In this document: positions 13,073-25,815 of the stretch, piece by piece | Layout of the letters: the number at the start of each line of letters is the position of its first letter | How positions within the stretch are numbered: the first letter of the stretch is position 1 | NCBI GenBank assembly: GCA_977016875.1 | Contig: CDRNST010000175.1 | Span: 930,001 to 994,000, forward strand | Reading direction: 5' to 3' | DNA: 64,000 bases | Source: Pavona decussata | Taxonomy: Eukaryota | Made by a program: the position numbers and the translations under genes | Notes under the pieces: generated by a model | The model's database searches: none | Told to the model about the DNA's origin: nothing | What the model saw: the letters and a program-made list of their open reading frames with translations, nothing else

Positions 13073-14590
13073 TCAACCGTTACTTCTATCTTCATCTTGT
13101 CGGTAAATCAAGATCAACTTGTGAATAGGTCTGTCAAATACCTTTCTGGTACCAGATCGAGTAACAAGCAGACGGACTTTACGAACCAGGCCATTATCGC
13201 TGGGCAAAACTCCGGTAACTTTCGCAAGTGGCCACTGGTTTCTGGGGCATGTTTTGTCACGGATCAGGACGACATCACCAACTTGACTGTTAGGGCTGGT
13301 TTCGTTCCATGTCTGGCGTTTTTGCTGCAGCATGCAATATTCTCGTTGCCAGCGACCCCAAAACTGTTCCGTCAGGTACTGCACTCTGTGCCACCGTTTC
13401 TTCGTGTAAAGATCTGGCCGCGAGAAGTTTCCTGGAGGTGGTAACACTACTTTAGCTTTAAAGGTGAGCAGGTGGTTCGGTGTGATTGGTTCAGGCGCAT
13501 CTGGATCTGACAAATTGTCGATCGTAAGTGGGCGACTATTTACGATGTTTTCTGCTTCTGTGAACAGAGTTCGTAGAGCTTCATCATCTAATTGGTGGGC
13601 GTGGTCTTGCAAAAGGCTTGAGAGAACTGCGCGTACGGTGCGAATAAGTCGCTCCCATATGCCGCACATATGGGATGCAGTTGGCACGTTCATTCTGAAC
13701 TCGATCAGATTGCAATCTTGTGTCAGGAGAAAGTTCTTGGTTGCATCAGTATTGACTTCTTTCAAAGCAGCACTGAGCTCGTTTTTGCCTCCCACAAACT
13801 TTGTTCCTCTGTCGCATCTCAGTTCCCTAACTTTGCCTCTTCGATTGATGAAGCGTCTGAGAGCATTGATAAATGAATCTGTTTCCATTGTGTTTAACGT
13901 TTCCAAATGAATGGCTCGAGATGATAGGCATGTAAAGATTATACCCCAACGCTTTAGTTCTTTTCGACCCTCTTTGATGTACCAAGGGCCGAAAACATCC
14001 ATGCCTGTATACGTGAAAGGCGGGGCAGGAGTAAGCCGTTCTTCAGGAAGGTTAGCCATCTTTTGGACTTGAGCAGATCCGCGTAACTTGCGGCAAGTAA
14101 CACATCTCTGAAGCAGATATGAGATAGAAGAACGACCATTGATTATCCAGTAACCGGCTTGGCGAAGTGCATTGTGGGTCATTCCACGGCCCTGGTGGTG
14201 CTGGTCTCTGCTGTGGTAGTATCTGATAAGGAGCCCTGTGATATGACTCTTTTTAGGGACGATAATTGGATGTTTCACTTCAAAGGCTAAGGCAGCTTTC
14301 TTGAGTCGACCCCCCACTCTGAGTAATACTTTTTGGTCAAGAAAGGGATCCAGTGTGAAAAGTGAGCTTGTCTGTTTCAACTTTTCGTTTCTGACGCGGG
14401 CGCTGTTGCGGTTCTGGAACATGTGGTCACCCTCATTTAGCTTTTGGAGAACCAGGATCTCTTTCTCGAAGTAACGTAACTGCACTGACTTGAGAATAAC
14501 TTCTTCTGCTAAGTGCATTTCTTCCACCGTTGGCGGGCCAGCTACTGGTCGTTTATTGCACTGCTTGTTAGGTCGAATCTTTTCAATCAT
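13073..14590 (-). CDS. BEL/Pao integrase domain (C-terminal part of pol)
   Basis: HHQG..C..C zinc finger, GMDVFGP, RAIHLE, CDRGT, GIWERLIR, LTPNHLL-like ITPNHLL, WPLAKV..DNGLVRKV. Confidence 0.9.
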   Translation of the reverse strand: MIEKIRPNKQCNKRPVAGPPTVEEMHLAEEVILKSVQLRYFEKEILVLQKLNEGDHMFQNRNSARVRNEKLKQTSSLFTLDPFLDQKVLLRVGGRLKKAALAFEVKHPIIVPKKSHITGLLIRYYHSRDQHHQGRGMTHNALRQAGYWIINGRSSISYLLQRCVTCRKLRGSAQVQKMANLPEERLTPAPPFTYTGMDVFGPWYIKEGRKELKRWGIIFTCLSSRAIHLETLNTMETDSFINALRRFINRRGKVRELRCDRGTKFVGGKNELSAALKEVNTDATKNFLLTQDCNLIEFRMNVPTASHMCGIWERLIRTVRAVLSSLLQDHAHQLDDEALRTLFTEAENIVNSRPLTIDNLSDPDAPEPITPNHLLTFKAKVVLPPPGNFSRPDLYTKKRWHRVQYLTEQFWGRWQREYCMLQQKRQTWNETSPNSQVGDVVLIRDKTCPRNQWPLAKVTGVLPSDNGLVRKVRLLVTRSGTRKVFDRPIHKLILIYRQDEDRSNG

Positions 14591-14718
14591 TCTCTGGATA
14601 GAGACGATGCTTCTTTTCAGGCGGTCGAGCGCTGAAGAATGGTTGAAGCGTTCTAGTTCTAGAACTTTGGGGAAGAGTTTGTCTTCTTTCCACTTGGTAA
14701 CTTCGTGGTTCGCAATGA

Positions 14719-17700
14719 TTTCAATTTCAATTTATTCAATTTCAATTTATTAAAGCACATTTTTCACGAAGGTAAGGCAAGAATGCACTAGCCCACAAAT
14801 AGCATAGGCTAATCTAGGCGGGTAGTGCAGTTGATTAGTATATATTTACAGAATATAATTTAAAGATATACCAATAATTAATGTGTAATAAGTTAAGTAA
14901 AAAATAATGACTGTCTAAATTAAAATTAAGAAAGTTTCATATTAGCTAATCATACCACTGATATTTGAAGTTTTTAATCAGAGTGCTGACGTCAACATAA
15001 ATATCCTCTTGATCAAGAAGTTTTAGTAATCTGGTCTGAAGGCATTTCTTAAAGGAGGCTTTAGTTTTTGCACGGAAAGATTCCGGTAATTCATTCCAGA
15101 TTTTACAACCAAATCTCGAAAATGAGTGGCTCAGTTGTGTCAGCTTTGAGCATTTTATATGAAATTTGCCCGTGGATGCAGACCTGGTTCTATACGAGTG
15201 CACAGAATCTACTCGATCAAAAAGATTTATTAGGTTCAGGGGAGCACATTGGTTATTGATATCATGCATAAGACTGGCTATAGATAATATATAGAAATAT
15301 GAAATAAAGCATGTCAACTGGAAGGATATTAGAACATACGAATAACAGGATGGCATGCTCTCTGTTATTGCGGAAATAAATTAGACGTAAGGCTCTTTTT
15401 TGGAGGATTAAGATTTTCTCCAGATTTGATTTTGAAGTTTGGCCCCATACTGAAAGACCCTAAGAAACGTAAGGATGGATTAGAGAACGGTAAATATGAA
15501 GAAGAATAGAAGTGGGTAGAACGTATCTCAACCGTGATATAATACCAATTGTTTTACTTATCTTAAGCGAAATATAATTAATGTGATATTGCCAAGAGAG
15601 GTTGCTGTCGATCAACACACCCAGATACTTAACACAATCTTTTTGTTCAAGGTGTTCGAACACATTGTGTTCGCAGTCGAATACTTTTATGTGAAGGCGA
15701 TTTGCTGTCGCTCTTTGGCGAGGGTGAAATAATACGTAATTAGATTTTTTAGTATTTAAAGTCAACTTGTTAGCTAGTAACCAATCACAAACATTTTCCA
15801 ATTCTTTGTTTATTATAAGCTCGAGGGTCTTTAAGCATTTGTCAGCAAATAGCAGATTCGTGTCATCAGCGAATAAAAAGAAATCTAGTTTACTAGATGA
15901 AGCTTGAATGTCGTTAACATATAGAAGGAATAGTAACGGTCCTAAAATTGACCCCTGAGGAACGCCACATAATACATTTTCTTTCTCCGACACCACAGAA
16001 CCGATTTGAGTTGATTGAGACCTACATGATAGATATGATTGAAACCAATCATTGACAATGCCTCGTACACCGTAGTGGTTGAGTTTATGCAGTAATATTC
16101 CATGATCAACAGTATCGAAAGCCTTTTGCAGATCAATAAATATGCCACATGAAAAAAGTTTATTATCCATGTTTGTTTGAATTTTGTTAATTATATTTAA
16201 TAGTGCATGTTCGGTGGAATGATATTCGCGAAAGCCGTATTGTGATGTGGATAATATATTGTGGTTTGCAATAAATTTTTTAATTCTGTTGAACATTAGT
16301 TTCTCGAACACTTTATTAATATTAGATAGAAGTGAAATAGGGCGATAATTTCCACATTCAAGTTTGTCGCTGGTTTTATAAACGGGGATTACTTTTGCAT
16401 ATTTTAGTTTATTGGGAAAAGTTCCTGATTCAACCGATAAATTCATAATCGGTTGGGCTATGATAATATGTGGCTAGCGCATTTCAATATTCGAACTGGG
16501 AATGAGTATAATCCGTGAGCTTTATTGTATGATAAGGAAACGATCTCATTACTAACTTCTGCAGGTATAATTGGATCGAAGAAGAAAGAGTTTGAATTTG
16601 CGGGCGACAGCCCTTGGAGGTATGTACGAAAATTAAGTTTTGAATGTGGCGTCCCCGAGGCCAGTTTATGGCCCACGGTAGCAAAGTGTTTGTTAAGCAC
16701 ATTCGATATATCCTGTGCGTCAGAAATCACTCTCTTGTTGTTCGGTGCTCTTATTGAGGTAATTGTCTGTTTCGGTTTCTTCCTGCGGCCAATAAAATCA
16801 TTTATCCCTTTCCGTGTTTTCTTAGTGTTGTGTAAGTTTTGCGAGAAAAAGTTATGAAAATAAAGCTTTTTGCTTAATCTAGTTAAAGTTGAAATTTTAT
16901 TGCGATAGAGTTTATATTTTTGGTTTTCTCCCGAGGGATAGAATTGGTTTTTTAGACTTATAGATCTCCTGATGCCTTTTGTGATCCAAGGTTTCAGTTG
17001 CTGTTTGGCTTTACGCCTTGAGGTAATTTTCGTAGGAGCGTGTTTATTTAACACCCTGAGAGTTTTGTGGAAAAAAGTGGAGAATGATTTGTTTATATCG
17101 CGATTCGAGTGGCCTTTACTGTCCCAATCAATTTGCTCCAGGTCATTTAGGAAAGAATCGTCAGAAAAGGAAGAAAAATCGCGATATTCACGACAGATGG
17201 CTGTAAGTGAAAATTGCAGTTTATAAGCAGGCGAGAGGCAGAACTGGGAAAAATGATCACTGATGTCTGACACAACATTACCACTTAAGACGGAATCGAG
17301 ATCATCAACTTGACTGGCAAGGATATTATCGATTAGTGTGGCAGAGCTGCTATGGAGCCTTGTTGGTTTATCGATAACTGGGGTTAGAGCATAACTTTGG
17401 AGTAAAAGTAGGAAGTCGTTGGCATATCTACAAGTTTCGAAATTGAGGAGATTTATGTTGAAGTCGCCGAGAATGTAAATAGGTTTGGAGGAGGAGCTAT
17501 ATTTCTCTAGACACGAGTCAAGGTAGTTTTGAAAATCCTCAGGAGAGTTATGCTGCCTATACAAAATAGCGCAGATGACATTTGTCTTTTTGGGAAATTG
17601 AAGTTCTATCCACAGTCCTTGAAAAGAGACATTCGAAGTTTTTTCAATTACCTTATAGCTAATTCCTTCCTTTATGTACATACCAACACCTCCGGCAGAG

Positions 17701-18294
17701 AGAGGTGTTGGGACATATTCAAAAGAATAACCTGGTATATCAGGATTAAAGGTGAGAAAATTAGCATCAGCATTGGTAATCCGTGTTTCTGAGAGGCCTA
17801 TTACGCTAAAATTAAAGTTTAATTGATGAAGTAAATGATCCTGGAAATTTTCAATGTTTCTTTTTAGACTCCTAATGTTCTGATGTATAAAGGATAAAGA
17901 CGAGTCCGATACGGACCTCTTTATCTCGGAAAATTTGTACGGGGAGTAATAATTAGATCGAAATTGTTTGTGTGCAAAATTCTCATCAGGATTTATGTCT
18001 TCATTGATGTTTAGGTTAAAGAGATCTAAATCGTAAAGACTAGGTAATTTGTCTAGAAGTTGTTTTGTGGGTAAATCGTTAGCCAAACTATTATTAAATT
18101 GACCATGGACGGTAGGTAGACATGAAGTTACATTATAATATGGTAGTTCTTTAAGATCATTTCTGCGTTGGCGAGAAGTTTGAATGTTTGTTATTACAGT
18201 GATGAGGCTTAGAATAAGATTAAGAGTTGTGGTAACAAACTTATCTCTGATGTCGGCTGGTGAGAACTTCCAGGTCGCTCATGGATTTTAGTTT
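14719..18294 (-). mobile_element. CR1/L2-clade LINE (APE + RT), 5'-truncated, inserted in BEL-B pol; TSD AATGA
   Basis: APE ORF 16458-18086 (HQNIRS, GLSET, GDFNINLL, PTR, DISDHF). RT ORF 15460-16446 (YRPISLL, DLQKAFDTVDH, GVPQGSILGP, FADD). C-terminal ORF 14946-15356. (ATTGAA)-type tail at 14719-14750. AATGA at 14714-14718 and 18295-18299. The BEL frame ...SDSRV/IANHEV... rejoins across the insertion. Confidence 0.93.
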
Positions 18295-21200
18295 AATGAC
18301 ACGGGAGTCGGAGGATTTATTAATGAGAGCCGTTGCTTGGCGTTTCTTTACCTCTGGGTCTTCAGGATTCAAATCAGGAGCTGGGTCATGGTTCACCACC
18401 GACACTTGATTCTTCCAGAAGAAGTCGGGACCTTTGAACCACAGTTCATTTTCCGAGAGTTGTTTGGCAGTTATGCCTCTTGAGGCAATATCAGCGGGGT
18501 TGTCAGAGCTGGAGACGTAAAGCCATTGTGTTGGATCTGAGCTGTCACGGATTTGCTGCACGCGGTTTGAGACATGCGTATGGTAGCGTCTTGCTTCGTT
18601 GCGTATATAACCCAGAACGACGGAGGAGTCAGTATAAAACACCTTCACTAGATCGAAGTACTTCAAATCTCTGCTAAGCATTGACGCCACATTGACTGAA
18701 ATCACGGCTGCAGTGAGTTCACGACGTGGAATTGAAATAGACTTTAGCGGTGCTACTCTGGCTTTACCCATAAGGAGGCTGACATGTACTTGATTAGCAT
18801 TGTTTACAAGGCGCAAATAGGTTACTAGACCCAGGCTTAAGTCACTGGCGTCGGAGAAGCTATGCAGTTCTGTGGTGACCGGTTCACCAAAATCGCAGGG
18901 TTTGACACATCTTGGGATCTTGATATTCTCTAGAAGGGGTAACTGATCTCCACTTTTCCCATCGTGAATGAATGTGGTCTGGTACAGGATCATCCCAATC
19001 GATGCCGTCACGGCACAGTTCCTGGAGTAACTGTTTCCCCACTAAAATCACTGGCGCCACAATGCCTAACGGATCGTATACTGAGCTTACGGTTGATAGA
19101 ATCCCTCGGCAAGTGAGAGGTTTGTCTTTAAGCTGAATACAGAATCCAATGATGTCAGACTCTATGCACCAGTAGGTACCCAGTGAGCGTAGGACTGGCA
19201 GAATATCATGCCGGAGATCCAGATCCTTAAGGTCTTTCAAGCGATCTTCAACAGGTAGAGCTTTCCAACACTGTCTTACTATTACTTGCAAACTTGTGTA
19301 AGCGCACATTGACGGTTGCACACATGGCTTGAGTTTTCTCGATAACTTTGATGGCGGTTTCAGGCGTGTCAAAAGACTTTAGTCCATCGTCCACATAGAA
19401 ATCATCTCGTAGGAAATTCGCTGCTTCCGGACCAAACTCTTGTCGCCCAGCTTCAGCTGTCATTCTTAGACCAAAGTTGGCAACGCCCGGCGAAGAGACA
19501 GCCCCAAATAGATGGACATTCATGCGATACTCAATGATTTGGCCGTCCAGGTTGTTATCCTTGAACCACAGGAATCTCAGATAGTCTCTGTGTTCAGGGT
19601 TTACGTAGAAACCATGGAACATCTTTTCTATGTGGCATGTCACTGCTCTTCTTCTTTCCAAAATCGTGACAGTACACTAATGAGAGCATTCATCATGTCA
19701 GGTCCTTGCAGGAGGAGTTTATTGAGAGACTGATTGTCGAAGACAGCACTGCAATCGAAGAGTATCCGAATCTGGTCAGGTTTCTTCGGATGGTAGATGT
19801 CAAAATGCAGAAGAAACCAGACTTTGCCTGCTTCGGTCTTAAGTTCCTCTGATGGGACGGCACTGGCGTGATTTCTGTTGAAGAGGTTTTGCATAAATTC
19901 GGTGTAGTGGTTCCATACTTTTCCATTTCTTAGGAACTTTCTCTTGATGCCTAGTAATCTCTTCAAACATTGTTCACGATTATTTGGCAGAGAAACAGTA
20001 TATGTTTTAAAAGGCAACAGCATCTCCCAATTTCCCAAATCATTTTTGTGTATGCCAGTGGTAAGGATTTCACTGAAGCGCTTGTCTTCTACGATTTCAC
20101 CTTTCTCAGTGCCTGGGATGTTTCAGGCATGATAGAGTTCACTATAATCCAACTGCATCATCTCTCTTATTTGCTGAGGCGAGGTAACGTCTTTAAGGTG
20201 CTGTCTTGTGGCGAAGGACACTATGGACTCTTCTTTGAAACGGTTGCTTGTTGGCACAGTGAAAACATTCTGAGGGTATTCACTTTGTACTGTGATGCGG
20301 TTTACTGAGGCACAGTTCAATGTTTCTTCTTCTTTGTCGATGCAAACTGGACCAATGATCGTCCAGCCGAACTTGTATTCTTCAGCCCAAGGTTCGTTAT
20401 TGCTGCCATAAATAATGCGCAGTGGCTTGAATGGTGAAGGAATGTTACGGCCAATTAATAAGCCTATCTCCACATTGGGACGGTAATGAATGCGACAGGC
20501 AATTTCTTCCAAATGCTTTCAAGATCTGGCTATTTCTGGTGTCGCAATGTCTCTTTGACTAGCCGGAATATTCTCTTGTGAATAAGCAAAAGGAATCTTG
20601 ATGGACTTGTGACGATTTTCGGTGTCTTGGATTCGTAGACCATTGACTTTCTTGGTGCGGACACTGTTCAAGTCTGTGATCGTATTGATTTCAAGATTCA
20701 CTTCTTGGCCTTCGACCTTAAGCTTCTCGAGAAGGGGTTCAGTGATGAAGACATCTGTTGACTGATCGTCCAGCACTGCATAGGTGGGTACCTTTGCTGA
20801 GGGATTGTCTTGGTGGAAGACTTCAATCAGGACTATTCGAGCACAGGATCGCGCTGGCCGTCCTTGCCCGCAAACTTGAGAACAGGCGGAGTTAGTTTGA
20901 CTGGTGTCCTTTTTCTTATGTCTGGTCGGGTCATGCAGTATAGTGGCGTGCATCTGATTGCAAATCTTACATTCCAACTTGTCTCTTTTGCAGTCCTTCG
21001 AGACATGTTCATTAGAGCTGAAACATTTTAGGCAGATCCTGTTTTTCAACAAGAAATCTTTGCGCTCCTCATAGCTCAGTTTCTGTTGTTTACAGTCATT
21101 CATAGCATGAGATTTCATCTTGTGATAGAAGCAATAAGTGTTAAGTTCCGCAGGGGTGCTAGGGTCTGGTTTCTGAGCTTCAGTTGTAAAAACATTCGAT

Positions 21201-23268
21201 GTTTGGTTTAACTCAACTGGAGAGGTTACTTCACTATCAAGTTCTGTGCCACGGGTGCTGGTTAAAGCACTGCCTGCAGATCGTTTACGAGGTGTATGGT
21301 TGGAGTTCTTAGAGCGGTCTGACTGTGTTGAGCTGCTCGCTCCCTAAGTGAGAGTGATCTGAGGAATGTTTGTCCGTTCAGCATCATATCGTACTTCCTG
21401 CACAAAGTCTTTAAAGGAGGGGAAAGCATCTTTGCCATGGCTTTTCTGAAGCTTTAGCACCTTGTCTGACCGCTTGTTCTTGAACCAAGCAGGAAGTTTT
21501 TCAGCAAGGCTTTGGATCTGTGACGGGTAATTGAGAACTCCTAGGCCGCTCATGTGCTGACTTGCAATCTGAACTTGGTACAGAAAGTCACTAAATTCCT
21601 CTAAAGCAGCAGCGTCATATGGAGGAATCTTTGGCCAGTTCGCCAATCTTTTATCAAAACTGGTACTAATAATCGCAGGATGACCAAACCGTTCCTTGAG
21701 AATTGTACGTGCTGCTTGTATACGCTGTCTGGGTCTTGAACAAGGTACTGCAGTTGTTCGATAACCCTTTTGGCTTTACCATCCAGATATTGGTATAATA
21801 AGTGCAGTTTCTGCTGGGCTGTGATAGGTATTGAATCGATTAAGCTGTCGAACGCGTTCTCCCACAGGAAGAACTTTGTTTGGTCTTGCTCATCTCCCTT
21901 AAACACATCCGGTTTAGCCTGCGGTAGACGTTGTAGCTGTGTCAATCTGGTTAAAGTGTCACTGAAATCTATCAGGTAATCTTGTGGTGGAAGGGTTTGA
22001 ACTGGATTGGGTGATGGAATAAAATCTGGTGGATTTCCACAAAAGCCTCTTGAAGATGTGAGACCTGGTCTGTCCGTGTGGGGCGTGGCAAAGGTTGTTG
22101 CGACATTAGATCCAAAGCTAGCTCTCGTGTTTGTACTGGTATAGACCGTTTTGCATGAAGAGGACGTTGTGTACTGAGTTAGGAGGACCTGTGTTCCAAG
22201 GCTGAATCTAGAGTGTGTACTAGAATAAACTGTGTTACTGGTGGGAGACGTAAACATTGGTGAGGCACTTGCAGTTGGAAATGCTTGAAAATTCTGCGGT
22301 ACTGAAGGAACAACTTCTGGTGTTGACGTAACCCTTTATTATTGTCCCTCGGGAAGGCGGGTATAGGATCGTACTGTTTGGTTGGCAGCAAGGGAGATTG
22401 AAAATCGTCCGCTTTGTCCTCTTCTTCCACAGCTTTCTGGTACACGGCCTCTTGCGCTCGGACTTCTCCAAGTTTCTTTTGAATTTTTAGCTCTTCTAAC
22501 TTTTTCTCTTGCTCTGCGATGACTGTTGAAAACTTCAGTTTCTCTTCCAAGGCCACTCTTTTAGCTCTTACGTTTATCAGTGTGTCCCTGTGTGAACTTC
22601 TGCTTGATAGACTTGACTTTCGCGAGTGACAAGATTTTTGAGAGAAAACAGAGTCATTGTCCTCTCGAACCTTCTTAATTTCATTTGCAGCTGTAGCACG
22701 AATGGACTTCCATGTATCCAGCAAATAGGCTTGCTTTTCGGTAGCACGCTGAATTTCAGTTCGGTCATCTGAAAGCTCTATCCACTCGTCAAATAATCGT
22801 AATGCATCATTTAGTTCCTTTGTAACAACGGTGATTTCAGTTTTAATTTTACTTGTGTCTTGACCAGAGTGTACTAATTCTTCGAAGCTACTCAGTCTTG
22901 CGTGTAATTCGCGATCTTTGGATAACGCGGCGGTTTTCTTCAAGCCACTTTGATACTCCCGGCCTTTGGCCGTGAGAGTCCTGGACCTAGTGTTTTCTTC
23001 CGTAATGTCAGTAATTTTACTCAACGAAATTTCAATTATTTTTGGACGCGGCGACGCATCTTCCAACGAAATAAAAGGCACATCACTAACCTCTGTTCCT
23101 GTTAAGGCGACATTTTTTTTGATGTTGTATTTGGTATGTCTCTAAGGATGCTTGGTTTGATGAGGAATTCATCTGGTGTTAGTCCGATGCCAGTGTCACT
23201 TTGTTGATCTTGGTAATGTTTTTGTGAATCCATGTTTTTTTATCTATGAGGAATTTCCAGTCTTTGAC

Positions 23269-23662
23269 TGTGGCGACCCCTTTTCTTTCGAAGAAGGTCG
23301 CGCGGAAACGACGATTACAAAGGCCAAAAGTCTAACATAATCCGTATCGGCTCTGTTTATTTTAAGTCACTAACTGAGATCAGGCGATCACCGAAAGGCA
23401 GAAAATCAACAAACATATATACAGCTTGAGGTAGTCCTACTGTTGAACCGCATACAAGACCGTCAAAGACTTTAAGGCTACTAATCTGCACGGGTTGCGT
23501 GAGAAATTACTGTCGCTTCGAGCGAAGCTCAAACCAAGTCAAGACGTTCAGCGACGTCTCAGCTCCACGTGGAGCTTTAACAGTCCCGTATGAAAAGACG
23601 TCATGACACGTGATGTGTCTCGTTGCGTAACGCAATGCCTAAACGGTTGAGAGGCCGTTACA
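23269..23662 (-). repeat. 5' LTR of BEL-B
   Basis: Direct repeat of 12522-12915. Confidence 0.96.
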
Positions 23663-23667
23663 CCTAG

Positions 23668-25300
23668 GAATACTTGTTGCTGAAAAGGGTGCTGCCCGTG
23701 TTTTAGAGGCCACTAAGCTGGTCGAGATTGTGCCATCCTTGTAAAGGTATCTATCTTACATACTTTGCCGCTCCATATGCACCAGCTGACCCGTCAGTAA
23801 AGGTGTGTAGGGTTACTGCCTCAACACTACGATCTAATCGCAAACAACGGGGAACTTTGATATCTGATAACTCTCCAAGCTCCTCTGACCACCTTTTAGC
23901 TCTTCTAGCTTGGCTTTGGTCTAGTAGGTCATCCCATCTAGAGGTCCACATCTCTTAAAGAAGTATCTTCGCTCTAATCACATAAGGTGCTAGGAACCCC
24001 ATAGGATCAAACAACATGGCAATTTTGCGCAGAAAGTTTCTGCTTGGGTAAGGGATAGTCATCCTTAGGTGGGTTCGCTCTGTAAGTTAAAACATCTTCT
24101 TTGGCCAAGTACAACACCCCAAGTGTCTTTACCGAAGGCAAATTCCCTTTGTCTAAATCAACGTCAGCAGCTCTGTCTCCTTCTGGAATCTTCTCAAGTA
24201 CTCGCTCGGAGTTTGAAAGCCATTTCCCTACATGCATACCGGCTGACCCCCACAGTTTTGACAACTGGTCATACAGTTCTAAGCATTCCTCATCACTAGG
24301 TGCAGAGTCCATACTATCATCCATGTATGTTGACTCCAAGATCGTTTCAGTAGCTTTCGGGTACTGTTCCTTGCTTTCCATTGCGTGCTTCCGCGAGACA
24401 GCTTTATAGGGGCACAAATTGACACCAAAGACTAAGCTGTTAAATTGGTACTTTTCGGGAGGCCTTGACTGATCCAAATCTCTCCATAAGAAGCCATGAA
24501 AAGGTCTACTTGATGGCTCCATCCCAATTCGCAAATACATCTCAGCAATGTCACAAACGAGGGCAACTGGGAGTCTCCGAAAATGAAGCAGCACATCAAA
24601 GACATCACATTGAAGCTTGGGCCCTTGATAAATAACGTCATTCAATGATACACCATTGCATTTTGCAGAAGCATTGAAAACCACATGAGTCTTAGTAGTC
24701 GTCTTCTCTGGTCTCACAATTGCAAAGTGACGGAGGTACCAGGCTTTCTCATCCTTTTCGGAGGGCGACACCTTGGAGATATAGCCTTTCTTTAAGTACT
24801 CAGTGATGACATTAGAATATGCTCCTGACAACTGTGGATCGTTCAAGAGCCCTTTCTTTGTGCTTAGCAATCGATTGTCATAGCTGTCTGGCAATTCTGC
24901 ACCATCTGGTTTCCACGGCATGGCGACTTCATATCTCCCTTCTTTGAACTGCACTGAGTTTTCAAATTGTTTGATTACTAACTCTTCTTCTGGTCTTAGT
25001 CTCTGATCCACGTCTCAAGCTCCCAAAACGTTTGTAGAACAGAGGTTAGCTCCTGGTGATGCACAAAGTAGGCCATGTTAAGATGGATCAAAGGTGTACC
25101 ACCGGCAATCACATCTGCAGCCCCATGCATGTCCAGCCCAAAAATGTCAGTCGAGCCACAGGCTCACCAGTTTGCCCACAAATGCCCTTAATCCTAACCC
25201 CGATATACTCTCACCATCTATCTACTGGGCCTAGTTTTTCTTCACGTTCAAGTACCCTCCGTTGCTTTTTGATCCTTCGAGTTGGCTCTTCCTATCCTTG
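23668..25300 (-). mobile_element. BEL-A upstream part: protease end, RT and start of RNase H
   Basis: ORF 24007-25011 (YEVAMPWK, WYLRHF, SLNDVIYQGP, DIAEMY, YMDD) and LHTFTDGSAGAYGA (23751-23951). Continues into 12516 through the SIP/RLEL motif. Confidence 0.9.
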
Positions 25301-25379
25301 CTACACTAAATTTTCCACTCTTTCTCTTTTCACTTTGATCCCGATATATAATATGTAGAATCACTGTGAGGCAATAAGG

Positions 25380-25628
25380 TGGTTTCCTTGTCCCTGCGAA
25401 GTCTTTTCGTTTCCTATTACTCTGTCAACAGTCTATTATGTACAATTACAGAAGGCACTTGTACATGCTAGACTTATCAGAGTCTCATCCGCGGGTGCCA
25501 TTGGGTAAGACACTCTTCTGTGTTTGTCATGAACAACCTGACTGGATGGATAGCCACTATATTCCCGTTTTGCAATTTGAGAACTATGGTGGCATCTTCT
25601 ATGGTTAGGACAGTGGCACCTTCACCGT
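25380..25628 (-). pseudogene. Possible PIF1-like SF1 helicase C-terminal fragment
   Basis: GEGATVLTIEDATIVLKLQNGNIVAIHPV, then (frameshifted) SYPMAPA..TL and a QG motif, resembling PIF1 motifs IV-VI. Abuts the assembly gap. Confidence 0.35.
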
Positions 25629-25815
25629 NNNNNNNNNNNNNNNNNNNNNNNNNNNNNNNNNNNNNNNNNNNNNNNNNNNNNNNNNNNNNNNNNNNNNNNN
25701 NNNNNNNNNNNNNNNNNNNNNNNNNNNNNNNNNNNNNNNNNNNNNNNNNNNNNNNNNNNNNNNNNNNNNNNNNNNNNNNNNNNNNNNNNNNNNNNNNNNN
25801 NNNNNNNNNNNNNNN
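25629..25815. other. Assembly gap (N run)
   Basis: 187 N. Confidence 1.

Larger units (their letters stand above)
12522..23662 (-). mobile_element. Full-length BEL/Pao LTR retrotransposon (BEL-B), decayed, with a nested LINE; TSD CCTAG
   Basis: Two 394-bp TG...CA LTRs. CCTAG at 12517-12521 and 23663-23667. PPT-like GGGGGAGCCA next to the left LTR on the minus strand. Domain order gag (21344-23081), protease YAVLDDQS (20519-21118), RT FYVDD (19248-20038), RNase H (18241-19372), integrase (13073-14590). Confidence 0.96.
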
